A DNA stretch of 63,947 bases, from positions 43,388,151 through 43,452,097 of the forward strand of contig NC_068997.1 of assembly GCF_001194135.2 (NCBI RefSeq). The letters are read 5' to 3'. This document shows positions 25,944-36,973 of this stretch, piece after piece. Both the position numbers and the translations under genes were made by a program. Under the pieces are notes generated by a model. That model made no database searches. It was given only the letters and a program-made list of their open reading frames with translations, and had not been told where the DNA came from. Numbering within the stretch: position 1 is the first letter of the stretch; each line of letters begins with the position of its first letter. The stretch comes from Octopus bimaculoides. Its lineage: Eukaryota.

Positions 25944-26499
25944 TACACACACACACATACATACACACATACATACACACACACACACATACACACCTTT
26001 TATAATTTTTTTAGCAGCAAAATCAGTTGGGAAAATATGTTATAAACAAATAACATTGTTAGATAAAATTATTGTTGTTGTTGTTGTTGTTAGTATTTTT
26101 ATCATTGAGAAAAACAGATGTTAGGAAATCAATTTAGGTTAGTCAATGAATGGAAATTATAAAGTACAACAATGGAGNNNNNNNNNNATATATGTGTGTG
26201 TGTGTGTGTGTGTGTATAAATATACACATACATATATATGTACACTCACACACTGATTAGCCTCTCTTCTCTCTGTTCACTGTGGCACTGGAAATGCTAT
26301 TTGAAGTTTCTGTATTCAATCTTTACACTACCCGCCCCTGTTATCATTCTACCTTTCTTCCATTTTCATCCCTTCAATTACTCTATCTTGCTTCTATTAT
26401 TATGCCTGTGTAAGAAGGTTAGACATCAAATATACCAAAATTCAGTATCCTCTACCATCACACACACTCTCTCTCTCTTTCTCTCTCTCTCTCTCTTTA

Positions 26500-26533
<34 letters not shown>

Positions 26534-27114
26534 ATATTGTTACTGATCTCTGCACTCTGTCACCATTACACATTTTTAATGTTATTCCATCGCAATGCTT
26601 ATGCAGTTATATTTTCATTCAGTCTCCTCAACAACTATCATGTAACTATCACTGTCTCTCTTCTTTTACTTCTTCCTTTACTGTCTTTTCACTTTTTTTC
26701 ACTGTTTCTACAAGCAAACTCATACCTGCACACCCTTCATTCATCTATTATTATTATTCTCTCTTCTATTCACTCTTAAATCTTTCAAAGAAGAAGGTAA
26801 CCCTTCTAGTGCAGGTCAGTCAGTTTAATCTATCATCATCATCGTTATTTAACATCCATCTTCCATGCTGGCATGGGTTGTACACTTTGACAGGAGCTTG
26901 CAAGCCAGAGAGCTGCACTTGCTCCATTGTCTGCATTGGCATGGTTTCTATGGTTGGATGCCCTTCCTAACACCAACCACTTTACAGAATGTACTGGGTG
27001 CTTTTTATGTGGTACCAACACTAGTATTTTCTATATTTGTATACCAAAAAAGAACAGCTTTTCTATCAACTGTTATATAAAAATATTAATTTCAACCTTA
27101 ATCTCTCTCTCTCC

Positions 27115-27158
<44 letters not shown>

Positions 27159-28116
27159 GGTTACGAAGGGATACATTGAATTTTCCCTGAAACAGCTGTA
27201 AGACTTTATACATAAAATATAATTTTACTTACGAGTTAATTCGAAGAAGTTATATCCTCATTAGGGATTATATAATCCAAGGTAATCCACTGTCCCACTG
27301 GTTAATCCGTATCATATAATGCAAAAGTCACTGCTGTATGTTAGTGATTATTGAAATTATATATTATCAATATTGAGGGGGGAAAAAAAGAAAATGAAGA
27401 AATAATGGATGTATGAATAGTTTATTTGTATGCTATAAAATGATGAAAATTTCTTTTAAAAAGCATACTCATAAGTGGGCCGGTTACACCCCACGTGTTT
27501 GTGTATATCATCATCATCATCATACACACATTGCCTTGCTTGCATAAAATCAAGTGAAAAATCAGTGAGGCAAATTTTTCTATGGCCAGATGTTACCTTT
27601 CTTCATGTGTTTCCTAGCAAGGTAATTTTTTTCCCATAGCTGGATATGTTTTCAGAGAATATTGGAAACAACACTTTTTGTCTGACAATGTGCATTTACA
27701 GTTATCTCATTATGTCAAGGCAAAGAGTGCATCCTTCAAAGAAAAATGTTAACCTTAGTTATATAAGCTCATAATAACCCTGAAGAGGTTCTGTCCCATA
27801 TAGTTAAAAGATGATACCTTTCTTACCATATAACAAAATACTTAGAGTTGCATATCAGCTAGGGGCTAGAACTAAAACTTATATGTAGGTTTTTTTTCAC
27901 ATTTTTTGTGCTTCACAACATATAATTTATTTGTATTGTTATGTTTTTAAAAAATTTCAACATCTTTATATCATACAAATAAATTTTTCATACATCCGTT
28001 TTTCTTCATTTTCTTTCAACACACACGCTCGTACACACACACACACACACACACAATTAACCCTATAAGTATTGTTGGATTATTAATTTATCATAACCTA
28101 TTTCTCATTCTTACAG

Positions 28117-28269
28117 ATTCCCTGTTGTGAAAATAACAGTGAATGCTGCACTGGTAAATCATCAAACATAACATGTCCATGCCAGCCATGTCTACCCAAA
28201 CTAAAAGACCGTATACATCAAGCCTTCACCGTCACCGGTGCAATAGGATTGTTCTTTAGCTTTACTGAG
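28117..28269 (+). CDS. TSPAN13/31: Tetraspanin-13/31-like internal exon (rest of large extracellular loop and start of TM4)
   Basis: Acceptor ctcattcttacAG (28115-28116), donor GTAAGT at 28270. 153 nt, phase 0-0: IPCCENNSECCTGKSSNITCPCQPCLPKLKDRIHQAFTVTGAIGLFFSFTE. GLFFSFTE is the subfamily TM4 signature. Confidence 0.95.
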
Positions 28270-29971
28270 GTAAGTTACAGTTTTCATAATTCAGACACAG
28301 ACTATTTTTTGCCTACCAGGCCATGTTGTCTACTTTGCTGTGTACTGAACAGACAGTGCTGGAAGGGGAGAGTTGCAGTAGTCCTTTTTTCTTTTTTCAT
28401 TCTTTATCTCTAGATTATTATTTCATTACTGTAACCTCCCTAATTAAGATATATTGTTATTCTTCAGTGCCAGGTCAGTCCTGATCTAGAAGACCAATAG
28501 TCAAAGATGTTCCAACTGCATTTATCCCTCTCATTTTTTTTTACTTCCCCAGACATCATGATATATTTAGGAAAACATGATTCAAAGTAGGCTGTAATTT
28601 GTGGAAAATTTGGGTGTTATATGTAGTATGTTGAACAATCACATAGCAGTTTCTTTATTGGTGCAAGTGACTTTCTAATTAGCTATCATTGATAAAAATG
28701 AGATAACTAGGTAAAATCAGGTGTTGTACTATTAGCTTATGTTTCACTAGTTCTTTTTTGTCACACAGCTAGTGTTTCATTGTAAGGTATTTCATTTTGT
28801 GTTGATTCAGCTTAACTGAATGGGGATTGAATATAAAACATGCTTCTTTTTAGTAGAACTGGCATTCCATTAAATAAATACAACCCCCACTTTCCACCAG
28901 TGTTTTATATATATATATATATTTAGATGAAAAGGGTACTATTAATTGAATTGATCTCAGTATATAATACTAAAACTTATTTTTATTGACCTTGATGACA
29001 TCAATAACTAAATCAACCTAAGTAAGATTTGAACCTAGAACAGTAAACCTCTAAATTAAAATTAAAATTTGGATACAAATATAAATTTATTATTCAACTT
29101 ATTATTGTCTTGGCAATTACCTTTATTCTCTACCTTTAAAACCAGGACGGATAAGTGTTTAGATGTAGATTAAAATCAGATTAATGTACAGTGGATGCTG
29201 CATGGATGAATAATTGTTAAGAAGTTAGCTTTGCAGTCATGAAGCCCTGGGTTCAATCCCTGACTGTATGACATCTTAGGCAAGTTTCTTTTGCAGTAAC
29301 CTTGGGCATACTCAAACTTTGTGAGTGGAAACCCTTCATATGGGTTGCACCTGTAATTCAAAGGTCTGTCCTTGTCACTTGCTGTGCCATGCTGATTCTG
29401 ATTGAGGATTACACTAAGAGCACAAGCATCCATGGAATATTCAGTCACTTACATGCAAATACAACAAGCAGGTTGTTCAGTTGATTGTGTCAAAATGAAT
29501 AGAAGTCTATTTATTTATTTATTTTGCCTTTATTTTACTGGTGCAGCAATTTTTAAGGAATATGTTTGGAGGTGAATTAATACCAGTGTGTTACTGGTAT
29601 GAAAATCTTTAGGAAAGGTGAGTGTTGAACTCACAACATTGAGCTATTGTACTACCGAGTACAATAAAGCATTCTTTGTAAAGTCAGCTCCAGCACTGAG
29701 AAATCTGTAAATATTTATAGTAATTTCTTGTAGCAATTGCTAGATGATTAAATCTTAAGTTTTATCACATTTATTCTTGATAGAGTTTCACAAGAAACAG
29801 TTCTCCGTCATTTCTAAATTATTACACTCTAATTATACATTTATACCAGCAGTAAGCACATGACACTCCTTGAGTAAGTAACATTATGAGAAACTACAGT
29901 ATTTCTCAAATGAATTCATCCCTTCAGTATTAAAGTCTGATTTAAAACATAATAGTGTAAACATTTTTAAC

Positions 29972-31073
29972 ATGCCAAACAAGACATACAAGAAAGTATC
30001 TCAGCAGGATAAAAATAGAATATTGTCTGCTTCCAGAAACAATGAAAATTTGAAATTGTTGCCCCACTCCCTTGATATTAACTACAGCACAGTCAAGATA
30101 GTTGCACAAAAAGATTATTCTCTGAAGAAAAATTGTGGGCACTGACAGCAAAAAAATCAAGGAAAATCAACAATTTTTACAAGAATCGAATAACGAGGAC
30201 CCAACTTTAACTTTGAAAAAGAATGAGAGAACTTTTACAAGAGAAATTCAATTTGACTGTTTTATTATCGACTATTGATCGCTATCTTGATGGCTTTGGA
30301 TACACTTTGAAAAAACTAATAATTCACCCTCAAGAACAAAATAACGAAAACACAAAAAAGGGGCAATGTAATTTATTATGCAAAATGGCTTCAAGATAAT
30401 GGATTGGCCATTCATCATGTATATATTGATGAAACAAATTACATTTGAATTTCAAAGTAAATTATTATTATATTTGCTAAATACTTATATAAAATTTTTG
30501 TTTATGAAATATTTTTACGATCTATTTGTTTGAAGGTCGATGGGTAGAGCTTACCCTCAAGTTCAGGCAATTACCGATTGTCCTTCTACTAAAGGGGAAA
30601 ATTTAAACATTATTGCTGCTAGAGATATGTCGGGGCTTGTCCAATTCAAAACATTTAAGATCACAACTTCTGAATTTGACAGCTTTTTACATCAATGTTC
30701 GCTAAAGATCACTACGACTACATCAGATCCTGTCGTATTTATTATGGACAATGCACGCATCCATAAACGTGTCGATGAAATTGATCTCGCACCACAAAAT
30801 ATGGTTGAATATCTACCTCCTTATTCTCCAATGTTTAATCCCATTGAGGAAATGTTCAACAAATTGAAATCTTTTGTGAAGCAGTATCTACAGAATCATA
30901 AAAATGATCTCTACAACAGACCAGAAAATTTGCCCATGACGAATCATAGAATGAATATTTTAAAAACAGCAATGTATCTTGCAATGAATTCAATATTTGC
31001 TGTAAATTGTGCAAGATATGATCAACATCAAACATTTTTCATTCCACGAGTATTGCATATGAAGGATTTGTGA
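29972..31073 (+). pseudogene. DDE (IS630/Tc1-like) transposase pseudogene with a probable intron at 30457-30535
   Basis: Starts MPNKTYKKVSQQDKNRIL (29972). Helix-turn-helix-like segment PTLTLK..MRELLQEKFNLTV.LSTIDRYLDGFGYTLKK. Catalytic motifs YIDET (D 30428), FIMDNARIH (D 30747) and YLPPYSPMFNPIEE (E 30846). Frameshifts and stops in the 5' half; about 341 codons after removing the intron. Confidence 0.88.
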
Positions 31074-31253
31074 AATAGTTGTGATTATAAGCATTTTAAA
31101 ATAAGTTTATAAATCGTTTTAAGTTTAGTTTTTTTTGTTTATTTTCACTATTCTTGTGCTAAGATACTATTTTGTATGTTTGTTTAAACTTATAGGTTTA
31201 AATGTTTAAGATCTAAATATTTAAATATTTAAGATCTAAATTGGCTTTGATAT

Positions 31254-31421
31254 GAAAGGGATGAATTCATTTAAGAAAGGGACGAATTCATTCGAGAAAG
31301 GGATAAATTCATCTGAGAAAGAGACAAATTCATTTGAGAAAAGTACAAACTCATCCAAGAAAAGGACGAATTCATTTGAGAAAATGATGAATTCATTTGA
31401 GAAAGGGACAAATTCAGTCGG
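31254..31421. repeat. Eight tandem 21-bp repeats (consensus GAAAGGGAYRAATTCATTTGA) inside the right end of the transposon
   Basis: Units start at 31254, 31275, 31296, 31317, 31338, 31359, 31380 and 31401. Confidence 0.95.
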
Positions 31422-31691
31422 GAAATACTGTAGTAAAATATTGTAATATATGACAAAGGTTGACAGAGGAAAATTTAAAAGCAAACAGCTAGGAGTTAAA
31501 ATATAAAATAGTTTTGATATGCTCTACTTGTGTGCGTGAATTTAATATATATGCCTAGCAGATTAGCATGTGTGGAAGAAGTAAATTAGTGTTGCTTAGT
31601 CTGACATGAAAATTTTAAGTATAATATAACCATATATAACAATCATCATCAGTTCAAGCTTGCTCAGACTAAATATATGACAGTAGTTGCA

Positions 31692-32050
31692 GGAGTGGCT
31701 GTGTGGTAAGTAGCTTACTTACCAACCACATAGTCCCGGGTTCAGTGCCACTGTGTGGCACCTTGGGAAAGTGTTTTCTGCTATAGTCTCAGGCCGATCA
31801 AAGCCTTGTGAGTGGATTTGGTAGATGGAAACTGAAAGAAGCCCGTCGTATATATGTGTGTCTGTGTTTGTCCCCCCACCATCGCCTGACAACTGATGCT
31901 GGTGTGTTTATGTCCCTGTAACTTAGCGGTTTGGCAAAAGAGACTGATAGAATAAGTACTAGGCTTACAGTTAATAAGTCCTGGGGTCGATTTGTTCGTC
32001 TAAAGGTGGTGCTCCAGCATGGCCGCAGCCAAATGACTAAAAGGAATGAA
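31692..32050 (+). mobile_element. SINE family A, full copy
   Basis: Collinear with 48822-49207. Confidence 0.85.
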
Positions 32051-32056
32051 AGAATA

Positions 32057-32087
<31 letters not shown>

Positions 32088-32509
32088 GGATGGATATATA
32101 CACACAAACACACAAAAAATAAAAATAATGATTTTAATACATGCGTGCAAACACCTACATGCACACATAATAAACATGTCTGTATATTCTGAGTATTCTA
32201 AACATATCCTAATGTAATCTTTATTGTCTTTTGTACATCCTGATGATTTTCCATAAGAGATATTTAAAATGCAAAATTATATAGTTATATATGTTTTGTA
32301 ATTTCAATAATTTTGTTTGTGAAATGAAACAATATACAGACACTTATGACATATTATTTCATATCAACAATTCAAATTTCAAATTTAAAAGGACATCTAG
32401 CAACTGAAGAAGGGACAAAATCTTACAGCTGTTTCGGCCTAGCGTTGGCATGCCCCGGATAGATATTATCCCTTAGTGGGTTGGATTCTCAACCCCTAAC
32501 TTTCTTGGA

Positions 32510-32543
<34 letters not shown>

Positions 32544-33104
32544 TATCATCATCATCATTTAACATCTGTTTTCCATGCTGGCATGAGTTGGATGATTTTG
32601 ATGGCAAGCTGGAGAGCTGCACCAGGCTTTGGTTGTCTGTTTTGGCAGGGTTTCTATGGCTTGGTGCCCTTCCTAATACCAACCACTTTACAGAGTGTAC
32701 TAGGTACTTTTTACATGGCATCAGCACCAGTGCTTTTCACATGGCACTGGCTTATATAAACTTTATATATAAACTACATTATGTTTGTTATATAATAACT
32801 ACAGCCAAATCTGAAATAGTTTTTTTACTGTGTAGTTCTAATTGATGAATTAATACCCGACTTCATTGTACCATTGTTGTTTAACCCTTGGTTGACTTCA
32901 ATTAACCAAACTTATCATGCTGATCAGTGTGTTCTTCATTGCTTAAAATGGTGTGATTTTGATTTGAGGGAGATTTGACTATTATTTCTAGCAGGTCATG
33001 TGACCACATAGAGACTTCCTTCTTAGCCCAAGTTTTGCCAGTGTAACGGGTTGGTTTTTTCATGTGTACAATATCGCACACATATATCTAGTTTTTATTG
33101 TATA

Positions 33105-34035
33105 CATGGTCTGATCAGTAGGTATCCAGACTGTTGCCATAGTAACGAAGCTAAAGCATGCAGAGTGAAGCCACGTGGCACAGATTCACCTTGAACTCTG
33201 CTGTACATGTGCACTAAGTGTTAATGTTCTAGCTCTCTTCTGTTCTTTACAGCAGTGCTTAAAAGGAAGGTGTGTAGCGTGTGATCATCACATTGACCAT
33301 AACAGAGAGTTGAGCAAAGAGTCTGCTTCAAGTTTTGCCAAAAGCTTGGTGATACCTGCTCAGAGGCCTATGCAAAAGTTTTCAAAAAGTTTTAATCCTT
33401 CTCAATACAATCAAGCAGATCTTGTGCAACTGAAACCCTAGTGTCTTTTTGGTCAGCTGAAAGCAGTTTTGGCACAAACTTGGCAGACATGTGTCTCATA
33501 CCCAAATCTTCAGTGATAATGGACTGAACTGAACCATAACTACTCTGCACATACTTTAATAATTCACAAATGGTGATTTGATGATTTCCCCTCACAGCTG
33601 CACACACATCTGCAATGTTTTACTCAGTTTTGCTGGTTGCAGGTCTCCCAGAACGTTCATCAATATCGACATTTTTTTCAGCCATCTTGGAAACGTCTGA
33701 ACCACTCATACANNNNNNNNNNNNNNNNNNNNNNNNNNNNNNNNNNNNNNNNNNNNNNNNNNNNNNNNNNNNNNNNNNNNNNNNNNNNNNNNNNNNNNNN
33801 NNNNNNNNNNNNNNNNNNNNNNNNNNNNNNNNNNNNNNNNNNNNNNNNNNNNNNNNNNNNNNNNNNNNNNNNNNNNNNNNNNNNNNNNNNNNNNNNNNNN
33901 NNNNNNNNNNNNNNNNNNNNNNNNNNNNNNNNNNNNNNNNNNNNNNNNNNNNNNNNNNNNNNNNNNNNNNNNNNNNNNNNNNNNNNNNNNNNNNNNNNNN
34001 NNNNNNNNNNNNNNNNNNNNNNNNNNNNNACCTCG
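33105..34035. mobile_element. Mariner-family element, defective and internally inverted, spanning an N-gap
   Basis: TA|CATGGTCTGATCAGTAGGTATCCAGACT left end and ACCTCG|TA right end. + strand VEQRVCFKFCQKLGDTCSEAYAK; - strand DIDERSGRPATSKTE and EDLGMRHMSAKFVPKLLS, all typical mariner transposase motifs. Confidence 0.8.
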
Positions 34036-34885
34036 TATATAAACAGCTTGTTTTACCCCCAGTTTTATATTTAAGATTCAGCCAATAAGCAACAAAAGGG
34101 AGACATTCAAATGCATGCTCATACATATACTATTGTTGGAAATGATTATTAGATGTGATACACACTACTGTGTTTGGCATTAGGAAGGACATCCAGTTGT
34201 AGAAACCATGCCAAAGCTGACATTGAAGCTCAATGTAGTCCTGCAGCTCACCAATTCCTATCAAGCCACCTAACCCATGCTAGCATGGAAGATGGACATT
34301 AAATGATAATGATGGCAGTGATGGTGATGTGTGTGTGTGTGAGAATTAGCAGCATACCAAATTAAATACTTTGAAGTACTTAGCTTCATCAATCTATATT
34401 TTGTTATCAAAATTCCATTGGAATCCTTCTTTATTCTATCAGACATTTACTGCTGAGGTCAATTTAATGAACTGTATTTCCATATTATACATTCTAGATA
34501 ATATAACGATTCTTTACATTTATACCACTGAAAGGGATTATTATATATTCTTTATTAATTTCATATAAGAATATATTTCAATTTGTGCTCTCTAATACAA
34601 TTTAGAGATTGAAACTCTCAGAAGAAAAAAACATGTATTTAAGAAACAAATTATCATTATTCAGTCTCTTGGATTTCACTCTGAGATTCATCAAATATGT
34701 GATCTGAGAGAGGTTTGTTTGATTGTTGTTTCTTGCATGTCGAGCGAACATGTTGAGGCTCTTTCGCTGGCTCATCATTCTTCCATTTAGTTCAGTATGT
34801 AACAGTATATTTACATTTTGAAAACTTACTTAGAGCAAATATTGGTGCTATACTTTGCCCTAAGTGGTTAGTAGCTCTTCTTAAC

Positions 34886-35108
34886 TCTTTAGCATTCAAA
34901 CCAACTATGTCCAGCCTAAATATTTAACCTGTTTTATATTGAAACTGACCACAACTGGTCTCTTGCCTCATCCCTAAAATGCCATCCTAAAACTAAGCAA
35001 TCACGTCATCGACATCTCTAAACTACAAGATAATGCAGGATTAATTTAAAACAATCTGAGTAAACAAACATTACATTTGACAGAATGATCTGAATACTAA
35101 AGATTTAA
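34886..35108. mobile_element. piggyBac-type MITE, degenerate copy in opposite orientation
   Basis: TTAACTCTTTAGCATTCAAA ... GACAGAATGATCTGAATACTAAAGATTTAA, homologous to 35900-36116. Confidence 0.6.
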
Positions 35109-35899
35109 GGATAAAAAACAAAAAAATGACCAGGTTTGAGTTTTACTGCTATCTTCAGGTTGCAGTGCAGCTTAGCTTATGAGCTTATCTTATCATGTCA
35201 CACCTTGACAGTTGTCTTGTCATTGGTAGCATAAACAAATTGTAAAGGACAAAAATACTAGTGTGGTGAATCCTGACAGAAGGGGTCATGATAAATTGTC
35301 AGCAAATTCTAAACATTTACACTTCAGCATAATGTGTACACGCACACATACACACGCACACACAACATACAAACATATAGGTTTCAGGTCATAGTGGCTT
35401 GAGCTATGACTAACTCAGTAGCACCACTTGATTGTTCAAAGAATATATTTTTATGTAGATTGTGTGTGAAAAGACAAACACAAACAGGAAATACAGAGAA
35501 GTGGAAGGGAGGGGCAGAGTAGGGTAGATGAGAAAAGGAAAGCAAGTATTTATTATAAAAAGACTTAAAAACAAAACATTTAACAGTTTTTTATGTCAAT
35601 GTGTTAATAGTATTACAATTTTCTTTTTAAACAAACACTGCCAGAACAAAAGACAATAATACTGATTTAATCAGGCTGGATTAGGCTACTATAACTGGAA
35701 ACAAAAAGAAATGGTAATATTTTTGCATTTTGTTAAGGATAGTGGATGAACAGAATTTAATGGTGTTGAACAAAATAGCTTGTATTTATCTATTGGCCTC
35801 ATATGGTCCAAGTTCAAAATCTGCAAAGATCAACTTTGCATTTCATCCTTAATGGTGTTAGTAAAGTAAAATAATAGTTAAGTATTGGACTTGATTTAA

Positions 35900-36116
35900 C
35901 CCTTTAGCAATCAGATTACTCTGTCAAATGTGTTGTTCATTTATTCATATTGTTTTAAATTAGTCATGCATTATCTTGTAGCTTTGAGATTTTGTTGATG
36001 TGATTGTTTATTTTTAGAATGACAGTGTAGGGTAGGTGTGAGAGGGACAGTGTAGGGTAGATCATAAAACAGGTAGAATACTTGGTCCTGATGTGGCCAG
36101 ATTAAATGCTAAAGGG
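35900..36116. mobile_element. piggyBac-type MITE
   Basis: TTAA|CCCTTTAGCA ... TGCTAAAGGG|TTAA. TTAA target-site duplication and CCC...GGG termini. Confidence 0.8.
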
Positions 36117-36866
36117 TTAACTGATGATTGCTCTCCTTAAAAATGTGTCTTTGTCTCAGTGGTGGAGATAGATAATTTTGTAATTTTAAAGGAATAGACT
36201 TGTGACAACTATAAATATAACATATAAAGCATTTCAGAGCATTTAGCTAGCAAAATGAGCTCCTATAAAAACAAGCAAAAGCAATTCCATTGACAGGGAA
36301 TATTTCTGGGGTTGCTGTATTGTATTCTGGCATCAGAGGGCTCTGTGAGGATTCTTTCTTAATTCGTCCTACCTAACAGATGGTCGCAGTATTGAAGAGA
36401 AGAGTATGAGCCAGCAGACTAATATTCTAGAATTATCTAATTTCTAAACAGTTCTAATTTCCAATGCTAACCAATGTGAAGACTTGTACATACACCTGTT
36501 GATTATCTCATTTTTACTTAAGCAAACACAATGATCATTATTCTTTGCTGATGAGGTTAGAATACAACCAAAATATGCCCAGAATTGTCTCCACCCTTTA
36601 CCAAAAATAATTGTTTCTAACTATTGATTACCATTGCTTTTTATCTCACTGCATAATTATTTTTAGTTAACCATATTAACTCTTCTAACGCTAACACAAC
36701 TGATTCTACAATTTAACATAATTCCCTGCAGTTCCTTTATGGGGTAAAATGCAGTAATTATTTAACATCCTCTTTGAAATACCATTTGTAATCAGCACTT
36801 GTCTGTCTCGTTATCAGCTATGAAATCAAATTGAATGATTTGTTTGTATTTTCTTGCTAGCTACAT

Positions 36867-36873
36867 TACTAAC
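36867..36873 (+). promoter_or_regulatory. Perfect TACTAAC branch-point consensus for terminal exon A
   Basis: Branch A at 36872, 27 nt upstream of the exon start at 36899. Confidence 0.7.
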
Positions 36874-36898
36874 CAATCTAGTCGTTTCTTTTTTCTAG

Positions 36899-36973
36899 AT
36901 ACTGGGTGTTTGGATTACGGTGCGATACCGTAACCAGAAAGACCCTAGAGCAAACCCCAATGCGTTTCTTTAA
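36899..36973 (+). CDS. TSPAN13/31: Tetraspanin-13/31-like terminal coding exon A (proximal)
   Basis: TACTAAC branch point (36867-36873) and acceptor tttcttttttctAG. Encodes [24 protein letters not shown] then TAA, in frame after FTE; matches the [16 protein letters not shown] C-terminus of TSPAN13/31. Confidence 0.93.
   Translation: MLGVWITVRYRNQKDPRANPNAFL

Larger units (their letters stand above)
29897..31430 (+). mobile_element. IS630/Tc1-mariner superfamily DNA transposon, full length but disabled
   Basis: TA target-site duplications at 29895-29896 and 31431-31432. 28-bp TIRs: CAGTATTTCTCAAATGAATTCATCCCTT (29897-29924) versus the reverse complement of 31403-31430, 23/28 identical. Transposase remnants lie inside. 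Confidence 0.92.

Noticed and set aside
31254-31421. Regular repeat array as a possible CRISPR
   Set aside because: There are no unique spacers, the units are contiguous, and the context is a eukaryotic transposon end.
31236-31484. Periodic ORFs (NEF/MNSS repeats)
   Set aside because: They are translations of the 21-bp TIR-derived array and show no coding evidence.
36880-36881. Alternative AG upstream of the exon A acceptor
   Set aside because: It lies only about 8 nt after the branch A, has no pyrimidine tract, and would add 17 nt, causing a frameshift.
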